Shown here: piece by piece, positions 17,060 through 26,737 of the stretch
Position numbering within the stretch: the first letter of the stretch is position 1
How the letters are laid out: the number at the start of each line of letters is the position of its first letter
Assembly (NCBI GenBank): GCA_039714835.1
Contig: JBDLIN010000001.1
Coordinates: forward strand, 1-58,379
Direction: 5' to 3'
Origin: Bacteroidota bacterium
GTDB taxonomy: Bacteria > Bacteroidota > Ignavibacteria > Ignavibacteriales > Melioribacteraceae
Length of the DNA stretch: 58,379 nt
Made by a program: the position numbers and the translations under genes
The notes under the pieces: model-generated
What the model was told of the DNA's origin: nothing
Databases searched by the model: none
The model's input: only the letters and a program-made list of their open reading frames with translations

Positions 17060-18295
17060 TTATTTAATTGTTGATTTCTTTAATACTTCTTCAACCATAT
17101 CTTTATGAACCATTACACTCAGCATCTTTAATTTAACATAATCTTCATGATAAAAATAATATCCAACTAATTTACCATTCCTGGAACCATAGCCAGAATC
17201 TTTAATTAAATACCAGTCCTTTCCATTGTTTTCCGTATATCCTACTATATGAATACAATGATCATCCGTAGTTGTCTTATTATTAAATCTAAATTCTCTT
17301 GCATACTCGTTTATAAATTCTGAAGGAATATCATAAGTTGGAACCATTGCAGCGTCTGCACTTGCTAAATAACCTGATTCTGTAATATCACCACAAAGAG
17401 CTAGTGAATATCCCTTACGAACAGAATTCTTAATAATATCTACAAATTCTAGTAATGGAATATTGTAATAATTCGTACTATGCCACCAATTATCTGGAAC
17501 TTCAAATTCTATTCTTGTATAGTATGGATGTTTAATAGTTGATAGAAATTGAAAATAATCATCCATATTAAGATTAATCACCTTATTAAAAAATTCTTTA
17601 GGTGTATACATTTTACCATTATAGTCAAATGATTCCGGGGGAGTTCCTAGATAATGGTTGAGAATTGCTTTTATTGTTTTCAAATTCTCTTCTTCATTCC
17701 ATGCATTTATCTTTTTAATTGATTTAAGATATGAATTCATCTCTTTAAACAATTGACGGTGATCATGATTCGGTTGTCCCTCAAGAAGTCCAGAATATAC
17801 TTCTGCAGGCATGGCTCCATAGCGCTTCCAGTTTAATTTTACTGCTTCACTCTCAGAACCCTCTGCAAAATAGGAATTACCTCTTCTCTGAATAAATCGT
17901 CTTGCTTTTTCAACAAACTCCCAATAGGCTGTATATAATTCAGAAAGTTTTATTTTTTTACCATGTATTCTATAAATTTCTGACTCAAAAAAGGATGTAG
18001 TAGAATAATCCCAGCAAGTCCCGGTCACACCTTGAGATATTGAGGGATTATGCCAAAATGCTTCAAATTCGTCAATGGATTTTGGAATATCAATTCCTTC
18101 AAAATCCATTTTAAAAGATTTTATTGATACAGCATCCTTACTGGAATAGTCCTCTAAATCTTTTAGAGTTTTTTCATAGAATTCATTTTTATACTCTTTG
18201 TATGAAGCCTTATTCTTTTTACTTGTTTGGGAAAACATGATCGATGTAATAAATAAAAAGAACGCAAAAAGTTTAAAAATTCGAATAAAATTCAT
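17060..18295 (-). CDS. secreted C1-family (papain/aminopeptidase C-like) cysteine peptidase
   Basis: N-terminal signal peptide (FKLFAFFLFITSIMFSQ). Catalytic-Cys motif QGVTGTCWDYS. Downstream DDHCIHIVGY (His) and a DSGYGS region. Confidence 0.7.
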   Translation of the reverse strand: MNFIRIFKLFAFFLFITSIMFSQTSKKNKASYKEYKNEFYEKTLKDLEDYSSKDAVSIKSFKMDFEGIDIPKSIDEFEAFWHNPSISQGVTGTCWDYSTTSFFESEIYRIHGKKIKLSELYTAYWEFVEKARRFIQRRGNSYFAEGSESEAVKLNWKRYGAMPAEVYSGLLEGQPNHDHRQLFKEMNSYLKSIKKINAWNEEENLKTIKAILNHYLGTPPESFDYNGKMYTPKEFFNKVINLNMDDYFQFLSTIKHPYYTRIEFEVPDNWWHSTNYYNIPLLEFVDIIKNSVRKGYSLALCGDITESGYLASADAAMVPTYDIPSEFINEYAREFRFNNKTTTDDHCIHIVGYTENNGKDWYLIKDSGYGSRNGKLVGYYFYHEDYVKLKMLSVMVHKDMVEEVLKKSTIK

Positions 18296-18374
18296 TTTAT
18301 CTCCATTGGATTATCTCAATTTATCAAATAATAAAATTAAAAGATTTTTAATCTAAAAGGCATTTATATTGACT

Positions 18375-19793
18375 TTAACATTCCGTAATATTAACGGTAA
18401 CTGCTAGCCCTCCTTTTGAGGTCTCTTTATATTTGCAACTCATATTAGATGCAGTTTCCCACATAGTATCAATAACTTCATCAAGTGTTACTTTGGCATC
18501 ATTGGGATCCCTTTCTAGAGCCAACTCGGCTGCATTTATGGCTTTAATTGCTCCCATAGCATTGCGTTCAATGCAAGGGATCTGTACTAATCCACCTATT
18601 GGGTCACATGTCATACCAAGATGATGCTCCATAGCAATTTCTGCAGCATTAAGAGCTTGTTTTGGTGTTCCACCACGTATTTCACAAAGAGCAGCTGCAG
18701 CCATCGCCGAAGCTACACCAATTTCTGCTTGACATCCACCCATCGCTCCAGATATAGTTGCATTCTTCTTAAAAAATGTTCCAATTTCTCCTGCAACCAA
18801 TAGGAATTTTACTATTTCTAATTCATCGTTATCTTTGCCAGAAAAACAAATATGGAATAATAAAACAGAAGGAATAACACCAGCTGATCCATTCGTTGGA
18901 GCGGTTACCATCCGGCTAAGATTTGCGTTTTCTTCATTTACAGCTAACGCAAAACAACTGATCCATTGCAAAGTTTCGTTGAATGAATAATTATAATTTC
19001 GTATGCAGTCAATCCATTCATCACTATTGTTATAATTGTTGAAATGCAATAATGACTTATTGAACTCACTTGCATATCTTTTAAGATTTAGCCCTCCAGG
19101 AAGGATACCTTGAATATGGCATCCTCGATAAGCACATTCTTTCATTTCTTTCCATTTGTTCAAAATACTTTGTTTCACTTTATCCTGCGGCTGCCAGAAG
19201 CTTTCATTCTGCAAAACTATCTCAGAAATTGAGGCACTATTCTTTTCACAGTGATTAAGAAGGTCTTTTGGTTTTGATGTTGGGAATGGCAAATCTGGAA
19301 TAGATGCATCTTCCTTATCCCCTTCTTCTTCAATTGTACCTCCTCCAGTTGAATAGAATATTGATTCATAATGTTCTTTCCCATAATAAGCTCTACATCT
19401 CATTGCATTAGGGTGATAAGGTAAAATCTCATTAGTTTCAAAAATTATATCAACTAATGGATCAAAATCAATGAATTCATTTTTATATAAACTAATACGT
19501 TTGTTAGTAGATAGACCTTTAATATAGCTGGGAATTTTTTCTGTATCTATAGTTTCAGGTTTATGACCAAGTAAAGCTAAACAAATTGCTTTATCAGTAT
19601 AATGACCACGCCCAGTTAATGCTAGGGAACCATATAATTTAATTTGAATTCTTTTTATTAAATGAAGCTCCCCATTTTGCTCAATTTCTTTTAGCCATCT
19701 CTGTATAGCACGCCAAGGGCCAAGCGTATGTGAGCTCGAAGGACCAATGCTAATTTTAAATATATCAAAAATACTAATTGCTTCGTACGCCAT
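18375..19793 (-). CDS. sdaA: L-serine ammonia-lyase (iron-sulfur dependent, single-chain)
   Basis: SIGPSSSHTLGP N-terminal motif, beta- and alpha-domains fused, C-terminal MSCKYKETSKGGLA. 472 aa. Confidence 0.88.
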   Translation of the reverse strand: MAYEAISIFDIFKISIGPSSSHTLGPWRAIQRWLKEIEQNGELHLIKRIQIKLYGSLALTGRGHYTDKAICLALLGHKPETIDTEKIPSYIKGLSTNKRISLYKNEFIDFDPLVDIIFETNEILPYHPNAMRCRAYYGKEHYESIFYSTGGGTIEEEGDKEDASIPDLPFPTSKPKDLLNHCEKNSASISEIVLQNESFWQPQDKVKQSILNKWKEMKECAYRGCHIQGILPGGLNLKRYASEFNKSLLHFNNYNNSDEWIDCIRNYNYSFNETLQWISCFALAVNEENANLSRMVTAPTNGSAGVIPSVLLFHICFSGKDNDELEIVKFLLVAGEIGTFFKKNATISGAMGGCQAEIGVASAMAAAALCEIRGGTPKQALNAAEIAMEHHLGMTCDPIGGLVQIPCIERNAMGAIKAINAAELALERDPNDAKVTLDEVIDTMWETASNMSCKYKETSKGGLAVTVNITEC

Positions 19794-19929
19794 ATACTTT
19801 GACCAAAGTATTGATTCTAAATAATTTTTTAATTTGAAAAATTATAAATACTTAAGAATTAGAACTTTTGGAAGATTTTTTCTATAGTAAATAACATACA
19901 CTTTTTATAAAACTATGGTCTCCTACCAA

Positions 19930-21486
19930 CTATTCTGCTTTTACAAAAGTATACTCCAATGTATCTATCCAGTCAGGACGTACAGCCATTTTAAAGTTAA
20001 TGATTTTACCATGACCATTAAATCCAAAATACATATTACTCTCTCTCCACAGTCTATGATTCCACTTTGCTGTAAATGTATTATAATACAAATGTGAAAT
20101 TTCTCCTTCGAAGCCAGGATGTGCTGAAAGTGTTACTTTTAATTTATTATTTTCCATAGAAACTGTAGCTGCTCCATATACATTACTTGTATATTTTCCG
20201 CAATATTCTTCTAGCGCAAGTGTTGGTTCTGTTTTAATTTCTTTTATACTTTCCTTAGCTGTCTTCTTTTCCTCTTCTCTACGCTTTTTATTTGCTTTGT
20301 TAATTTTTAAATACTTCCCACTCCAGTCGGTATTATCCTCTACATCAAGTAATCGATCAAACAAGTATTTAGGAAGACAATTCTGCAAATCATGATGATC
20401 GCTATTTGTTGTCATAATTACTCCGACATTTTTCTCGGGCATAAAACCTACATAAGAAAGCATTCCGTCTAATCCACCTGTATGTTCAACAATAAATTCT
20501 CCACGAAAATCATACAATCTCCAACCTAGACCATAAGCAGAAATATTTGTAACTGGATTTAATTTTTCCTTATACCATTTACTTAAGTTTATTATCGAAT
20601 GTGGTTTTCTTGTTTCTTCTATTATACTCTCTTCAACTAAACGTTTCCCATTATACATACCGTTAGATAGTTGCAATTTCACCCAATGAGTTAGATCATT
20701 TACACTTGTTACAATAGCAGCAGCAGGAGCACAATTATCAACATTTAATTGAGATATTGGCATTATTTTTCCATCAACACTAGAATGTGGGACTGCAACA
20801 TTTTCCATATTAGGAAGTTCACTTACAGTTGTTAGACTTCTTTTCATATCCAACTTATCAAAGAAATGTTTTTTGATAAACTCATCATAAGTCATTCCAG
20901 AGACTTTTGCTACTAGTTCACCAACAACCAAATATCCTAAATTGCAATAAATATATTTTTCGTGGAGCTCAGCAACTGGTTTTTGGTATCTCATACGATA
21001 AATCACTTCATCACGGTCATAATTTGAATCCCACCATGTAAGATCTCCAGCCCATAATCCTAAACCACTTTTGTGAGAAAGAAAATCTCTTATAGTAATT
21101 TTACGCGTAACTTCTGGATCATACATTTGAAAATTAGGTATATACTTAATAATTGGATCATCCCAAGATAATCTACCATCTTGAACTAATATCCCTACCG
21201 CCGTTGCTGTAAATGCTTTGGTATTTGAAGCAACTGAAAAGACAGTATTCACATCAACTTGACCATTTTGATTAAGTTCTCTTACTCCAAAACCTTTTTT
21301 ATATACAACCTCACCATCTTTAACCAGCGCAACAGCTAGACCAGGAATATTCCATTCTTCTCTAGCATTTTCAATGTATGAATCTAAATCTTTAAGTGAT
21401 TCTATTTGAGCATAAGTAAAATTGGAAAAAGCAATAATCAAAAAGATGAATAAATTAAAACTCCACATTTTAAATCTAATTTTCAT
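19930..21486 (-). CDS. secreted serine hydrolase, beta-lactamase/S12 family with C-terminal extra domain
   Basis: Signal peptide. S-x-x-K (SVASNTK), Y-x-N (YCNLGY) and HTGG motifs. About 120-aa C-terminal lipocalin-like extension. Confidence 0.75.
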   Translation of the reverse strand: MKIRFKMWSFNLFIFLIIAFSNFTYAQIESLKDLDSYIENAREEWNIPGLAVALVKDGEVVYKKGFGVRELNQNGQVDVNTVFSVASNTKAFTATAVGILVQDGRLSWDDPIIKYIPNFQMYDPEVTRKITIRDFLSHKSGLGLWAGDLTWWDSNYDRDEVIYRMRYQKPVAELHEKYIYCNLGYLVVGELVAKVSGMTYDEFIKKHFFDKLDMKRSLTTVSELPNMENVAVPHSSVDGKIMPISQLNVDNCAPAAAIVTSVNDLTHWVKLQLSNGMYNGKRLVEESIIEETRKPHSIINLSKWYKEKLNPVTNISAYGLGWRLYDFRGEFIVEHTGGLDGMLSYVGFMPEKNVGVIMTTNSDHHDLQNCLPKYLFDRLLDVEDNTDWSGKYLKINKANKKRREEEKKTAKESIKEIKTEPTLALEEYCGKYTSNVYGAATVSMENNKLKVTLSAHPGFEGEISHLYYNTFTAKWNHRLWRESNMYFGFNGHGKIINFKMAVRPDWIDTLEYTFVKAE

Positions 21487-21555
21487 TGTCTATCCTTATA
21501 AATTTATATTTAACCTTTTATTAAAACTACTTTTCACGTAACACACGAATGAATA

Positions 21556-22743
21556 TTAAAATAATTGAGCCAGAATTAGTCCCACAAAGTACCCGGTATA
21601 ATTCCCAATGATATAACCCCAAATCCCAATTAATAGCGATGGGACCATTAGTGCATGCCATTTCTTAGCATTTGCTATTGCTACACCATTCATTGGACCA
21701 CCTGAAGTAACTATTGCAGCCAGAACAAGTTCTTCCAGTTCAAACTTGAAAAATTTCCCAAGAGAAAATGTTGTTAAAAAATTAAATGCCAATATTATTG
21801 CACAGAAAATTAACATAACCGGGGCTTCCAAGAGAACGGTTTTAATACTAGCCGGAACACCAATTAACGCAAAGAAGATAAATATTAAAAACGTTCCTAA
21901 TTCATCTGAACCATTAATCTTCTTAGATAATTTTGGAAATAGAATTGGAAATAAGATAGATAAAGTTGTTAATAATATATATTTCTGCCCAAGAATTATT
22001 TTTATTAAAGCCGGGAAATCCTCTCCAGAAAAATATTCACTTATTATTGCCGACATTGAAGTAATTATAAAAGCAATTGTAATTGCTAATCCAATATCTA
22101 ACAAACTTATTTGTTTAGCTTTCCACAAGCCTTCGCTAGCTCCAGAATCTGAATTATAAAATGATTCTGATAATTTACTTTTAGGGAATATTTTTCTCAT
22201 CATTACCATTGAAGGTATTGCAATCAATAGGATAAAATACAATGCCATAATTGCGTTGTCTGCTACGATAGTTGCATTTACAAGATCACGTGGAGGTTCA
22301 AAAGTTGCAACCAAGGCTACAAAATTAATACCACCTCCTATATAGCTGCCAGTCATTGCCGGAACAATTAATTCCAGTTGCGGAACGTATGCATAAAGCA
22401 GTGCTATCGCAACAATACTTCCTATAATAGTACCTAATGCACTTAAATGAAATGCCCAAAACAGCCTTCCGGTCTCTTTAATTATTCTCCTTATATCCGT
22501 CTTCATTAGTAACATTGGTATTGTCAAAGGAACTATATATTCCCAAATTATATCATATGAAACAGACTCAGTTGGTAGAAATCCCACATTTGATAGAATC
22601 ATTCCACCTATCATTGCTACTAAGGCACCAGTTAATTTTTGAAATATTTTATACTTCTGTTCTAAATATATACTAAGCGTTGCTATAGTTAACAACGATG
22701 TCCATATAATCCAATGATTATCAGGGGATATGTAACTATTCAT
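21556..22743 (-). CDS. polytopic membrane protein (DUF819-like putative transporter)
   Basis: 395 aa, about 10-12 TM helices, two-lobed organisation. The family assignment is from memory of DUF819-type sequences only. Confidence 0.45.
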   Translation of the reverse strand: MNSYISPDNHWIIWTSLLTIATLSIYLEQKYKIFQKLTGALVAMIGGMILSNVGFLPTESVSYDIIWEYIVPLTIPMLLMKTDIRRIIKETGRLFWAFHLSALGTIIGSIVAIALLYAYVPQLELIVPAMTGSYIGGGINFVALVATFEPPRDLVNATIVADNAIMALYFILLIAIPSMVMMRKIFPKSKLSESFYNSDSGASEGLWKAKQISLLDIGLAITIAFIITSMSAIISEYFSGEDFPALIKIILGQKYILLTTLSILFPILFPKLSKKINGSDELGTFLIFIFFALIGVPASIKTVLLEAPVMLIFCAIILAFNFLTTFSLGKFFKFELEELVLAAIVTSGGPMNGVAIANAKKWHALMVPSLLIGIWGYIIGNYTGYFVGLILAQLF

Positions 22744-22802
22744 CTACTTTGACCTTATTGTTAAACTGTTTTACTAATTTTTTCAATTAATTAAATTCTT
22801 AT

Positions 22803-23942
22803 TCATGACCCGTATTTTCTAATTCCATCTCTGAAACCAAGAATTGAAAAAGCTGATTTAATAGTATCAAATAATAATTCAATCTGTTCATCTGTAGTTG
22901 TGCTTGTTATGATAAATCTAAAGTGTCCTCCTGGAGGAGCTCCAGGATAATTGATAAATGAAGGATAAATACCGTTTTCCACAAAAATGTTTTTAAGCAT
23001 TTTGTTTTTTTCTACATCATTTAAGGTTATGGAAAATATTGGAGCAGATGTCATCGGCATTTCAAATCCGAGATCTGCAAATTTTTCTTTTAGGACCAAA
23101 GTCTTCTGTTGTAATTCATGAATTAATCTTTGATTGGATTTAATATATGAAATTGACTTTATCGCAGCTGCAGCAAGAGGTAAAGCAAGCCCGGTACTTC
23201 CAACATAAGCATCACTTTTTTTCTGAATTTTTTTAATTAACTCTGCACTACCTGGAATTATTCCACCAAAAGTGCCGAATCCTTTGCTTAGAGTTCCAGT
23301 TTGATAAATCAACTCTCTGTCTATTCCTTTTTCTTCCCAACTACCTTTCCCAGTATTTCCAACCACTGCCATCGCATGTGCATCATCAATTAAGATTTTT
23401 CCATTATAATCACTTAAAATTTCTGCATATTCATCCAAAGGAGGAATATCTCCTCTTGCTGGGAAAACTCCATCCGTCATTATCAATATTTTACTATTTC
23501 CAGAAATATTTTTCCTAAGCTGCTCTTTCAGATGCTGAGAATCAAGAAATTTATATTTAATTATTTTCTTGTCAAAAAGTTTGGAAGCATCCACTATACT
23601 TGAATGAGCCGCTTCATCTATAAGAAAAACGTCAAAATCTTCAGCTATGGTTTGAAGCAAAATCATATTAGATAGGTATCCACTCGTGAAAACAGTAGCG
23701 GTTTCTGAGCTAAAAAACTCAGCTACTTTTTTTTCTAGTTGAATATAGAGTGAATGGTTCCCAGTAGTGGTCCTTGAACCAGTTGGATTAAGTCCATATT
23801 TATAAGCTGCATCTGACATCGTTTCAATAATCATAGGATGATTAGACATTCTATGATAATCGATACCAGCTAGATAAAGAAGTTTTTTACCTTCATATAG
23901 TACGTAATCCCTTTCAACAAATTCTATTTCAGGTCCAAGCAT
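22803..23942 (-). CDS. PLP-dependent alpha-oxoamine synthase family enzyme (KBL/BioF-like)
   Basis: DDAHAMAVVGNTGKG and TLSKGFGTFGG (PLP lysine) motifs. The start overlaps the upstream stop (TAATG). Confidence 0.75.
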   Translation of the reverse strand: MLGPEIEFVERDYVLYEGKKLLYLAGIDYHRMSNHPMIIETMSDAAYKYGLNPTGSRTTTGNHSLYIQLEKKVAEFFSSETATVFTSGYLSNMILLQTIAEDFDVFLIDEAAHSSIVDASKLFDKKIIKYKFLDSQHLKEQLRKNISGNSKILIMTDGVFPARGDIPPLDEYAEILSDYNGKILIDDAHAMAVVGNTGKGSWEEKGIDRELIYQTGTLSKGFGTFGGIIPGSAELIKKIQKKSDAYVGSTGLALPLAAAAIKSISYIKSNQRLIHELQQKTLVLKEKFADLGFEMPMTSAPIFSITLNDVEKNKMLKNIFVENGIYPSFINYPGAPPGGHFRFIITSTTTDEQIELLFDTIKSAFSILGFRDGIRKYGS

Positions 23943-25084
23943 TATTTAATCTCCTGTAGAGTTTTTATATATTCAGAATCAGGACAAGCACCAATACCTG
24001 GTTCATCTGGAATATCAATAATTCCATTATTAATTTTCATCCCACCAACAATTGGATCTTCAGAATGTTCAAGGTATGAATCTAAATCAAAAAATTTGAT
24101 TATTTTATTTGACAAGCTAAAATGTGATGCTGCTGTTAAACCAAGTTTTGATTCTGACATACATCCAACCATAGAAGGAATTACTCCTGCCTCTGCAACA
24201 TGAGCAATTTTCATAGCGTTATGAATTCCGCCTGATTTAGATAATTTGATATTAAAATATGGTGCAACATTTTCTTGAATAAGATTCAATGCATTAAAAG
24301 GAGAGAACAAAGATTCATCTGCCATTATCGGAATATCTGTATTATTACTAACAAATTTCATCCCATTGATATCATTAACTTTACAAGGTTGTTCACAGAA
24401 CTCTATATCAAATTTGCTAAAAGCATCTAAATTATTTTTTGCACTCATGCGATCCCACCCTTGATTTGCATCAATTCTTAATATTGTGTCGTTACCAACA
24501 GCTTCTCGAATGTTTTTCAATCTTAAATAGTCATCATCGAAATCTAATCCGAGTTTTACTTTTATCATCTTAAAACCTTGAGACTTTATTGCTAGTGCCT
24601 TCTCACCAGCTTCATTTGGGTCACAAATTCCAATCGTCATGTCAGTTTCAATTTCACGCTTCTCCCCACCCAATAATGAATACAATGGTAAGCCTGCAAC
24701 CTTACCAATTATATCATATAGTGCCATATCTATAGCACTTTTAATAGTTGTATTATGTGGGAGATAAAAATCCATTAACTGAACAATAGATTCGATTTCT
24801 AATGGGTTTCTACCAATTAGTATTTCTCTTAATTCTTTTGCTGCTGCAAAATTAATTAACTGTGTTTCTCCAACTAAAGCATGAAATGATGCAGCTTCTC
24901 CCCATCCTTCTATTCCCTCATTGGTTTCAATTTTAATTAAAACATTATTCGCATTGTTAAGGCTCATAGTTGCAATTTGAAAAAGCTCTTTTAATGGAAT
25001 ATCAAATTTGTAAATTTTTATATCCGATATTTTTATTTTAGTGTAGTATCTATCATTCAATTTCATTGAGTAAATCCTATACAA
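23942..25084 (-). CDS. enolase-superfamily dipeptide epimerase (L-Ala-D/L-Glu epimerase-like, MR/MLE subgroup)
   Basis: KVKLG, RIDANQGW, CEQP, MADES and a Lys/Asp/Glu/Asp ligand pattern typical of dipeptide epimerases. Confidence 0.75.
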   Translation of the reverse strand: MYRIYSMKLNDRYYTKIKISDIKIYKFDIPLKELFQIATMSLNNANNVLIKIETNEGIEGWGEAASFHALVGETQLINFAAAKELREILIGRNPLEIESIVQLMDFYLPHNTTIKSAIDMALYDIIGKVAGLPLYSLLGGEKREIETDMTIGICDPNEAGEKALAIKSQGFKMIKVKLGLDFDDDYLRLKNIREAVGNDTILRIDANQGWDRMSAKNNLDAFSKFDIEFCEQPCKVNDINGMKFVSNNTDIPIMADESLFSPFNALNLIQENVAPYFNIKLSKSGGIHNAMKIAHVAEAGVIPSMVGCMSESKLGLTAASHFSLSNKIIKFFDLDSYLEHSEDPIVGGMKINNGIIDIPDEPGIGACPDSEYIKTLQEIK

Positions 25085-25130
25085 ATTAATTATTAAATAT
25101 TCTTTTTAGTCGACAACGACTTAATTACCG

Positions 25131-26633
25131 CTACTTAATTAACATAGCCTTAATAAATTCTCTTTTTTTTGATGCTCTGAGTTCAATGAAATAAACTCCT
25201 GTACCAAGTGATGAAGTATCCCACTTTATTTGATGATGACCTGAAGGTTGATACTCATCTTTCAATATTTCTATTTGTTCACCTAATATATTATTCACAC
25301 TAATCATAATATGTTCTGGACTATTTAGATTATATGCAATTTGAGTTGTTGAATTAAATGGATTAGGATAATTTTGATATAGCCTAAATGTTTTTCCCGA
25401 TGCCTCATCATTATTTATTACTGTCAATGAATCAAACAGATCGTGCTCAGGCCATGTTGAGATAGTACTTACTGCTTCCCACATCATATTATCTAATTGC
25501 TCGTTAAAAACATTAAAATTTTCTGGTCTGTAATTTAAAAGAATTGACCAACAAATTTGCCCACTGGAAGTACGAACAAGTAATGCAGTACTACCTGGCA
25601 AACTTCCAAAGTGCCACCAATTACCCAAATTGTTTACCGCCCAACCTTTAGCATAGTTCGGATTAACATCGGAGGGAGTTCGCATAATGTTAATAGTTGA
25701 AGGTGATAGAATATCTGGACGTGATCTAAAACCATCGACAGCTAAAACAAATCGAATTAAATCTGTTGCTGTTCCTACCCAACCACCATGAGAATCCATA
25801 ACTTCAATATCAAATCCACCATAAGGATTTTTTACCAATTCCCCATTTCCATAAATTGATTTAGCAAGTGGTGCTCCATCGTAATCATTATAATACACTT
25901 CGTTTTCTGCAGCATTCTCAAGAAGATTTTTCCCAAGAATCATATCATAAGCTTCAATGGTCTCAAAAATATTTTTTGTGATAAAATCCTCGTAATTCAT
26001 TCCACTTATTTTTTCAATAACTTGTCCTAAAACACTATAGCCAAAATTTGAATAAGCATATTGAGTACCTGGTGAGAAGTCCAAATTATATCTTAGCATA
26101 TACTCTATGATTACTTTCTGATCAGGCGGAGGAGGGACATTCATTTTTGCTGCTATACTTAGACTTTGAAACATAGGATCACCACCAATATTTCTATCCC
26201 AACCTCCAGTATGCTGCAATAAATCCTTAATAGTAATATCTTTTACTCTATCATCTCTTATAGAAGAATAAATAGAATCATTTAATATCCCTTCAGAACC
26301 AAATACTTTATCATCAAGATTAACTTTGTTTTGTTCCATCAATTTCAAAATTGCTACTGATGTAATTGGTTTTGAAACACTTGCAATTCTAAACTGATGA
26401 CTAGGTAAAAGTTCTTCTTCCATATTTTCATCAGCATATCCAAATCCTCTTGCATAAACAAGACGACCTTCTTTACTAATAGCAACGGAAGCCCCAGGTA
26501 CATTCCAATCATCCATAAATTTCTTTATAGTGCTATCTACACCAACCATTTCTGGAACTTTTATGCCTGTCTGTGCATGTAAATGCAGAAACAAGATTAG
26601 AAGAAATAAAAAAATGTTTTTAATGAGATTCAT
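25131..26633 (-). CDS. secreted S12/beta-lactamase-fold serine hydrolase with canonical T9SS C-terminal sorting domain
   Basis: Signal peptide, SVSKPIT (SxxK), YSNFGY (YxN). C-terminal ~85 aa: YQNYPNPFNSTT...GVYFIEL...AMLIK. Confidence 0.75.
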   Translation of the reverse strand: MNLIKNIFLFLLILFLHLHAQTGIKVPEMVGVDSTIKKFMDDWNVPGASVAISKEGRLVYARGFGYADENMEEELLPSHQFRIASVSKPITSVAILKLMEQNKVNLDDKVFGSEGILNDSIYSSIRDDRVKDITIKDLLQHTGGWDRNIGGDPMFQSLSIAAKMNVPPPPDQKVIIEYMLRYNLDFSPGTQYAYSNFGYSVLGQVIEKISGMNYEDFITKNIFETIEAYDMILGKNLLENAAENEVYYNDYDGAPLAKSIYGNGELVKNPYGGFDIEVMDSHGGWVGTATDLIRFVLAVDGFRSRPDILSPSTINIMRTPSDVNPNYAKGWAVNNLGNWWHFGSLPGSTALLVRTSSGQICWSILLNYRPENFNVFNEQLDNMMWEAVSTISTWPEHDLFDSLTVINNDEASGKTFRLYQNYPNPFNSTTQIAYNLNSPEHIMISVNNILGEQIEILKDEYQPSGHHQIKWDTSSLGTGVYFIELRASKKREFIKAMLIK

Positions 26634-26680
26634 TTATTAAATACTTCCACTATCCTATTAAGTTTAGTTAATATCTTAAT

Positions 26681-26718
26681 TTAATAAAAATGACAGTATG
26701 CAAAATACATACTGTCAT
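26681..26718 (-). terminator. rho-independent terminator after 26738..28834
   Basis: Perfect 11-bp stem ATGACAGTATG / CATACTGTCAT (26690..26700, 26708..26718) with a 7-nt loop, followed on the minus strand by TTTTATT. Confidence 0.6.
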
Positions 26719-26737
26719 CTAAGTAATACTGACCGGA

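Noticed and set aside
19821-19845. AT-only 9-bp hairpin (ATAATTTTT-taatttg-AAAAATTAT) downstream of the S12 hydrolase gene, and an 8-bp dyad overlapping the sdaA start (19794..19811).
   Set aside because: Stems made only of A/T are very weak and are expected by chance at this composition. Not called as a terminator.
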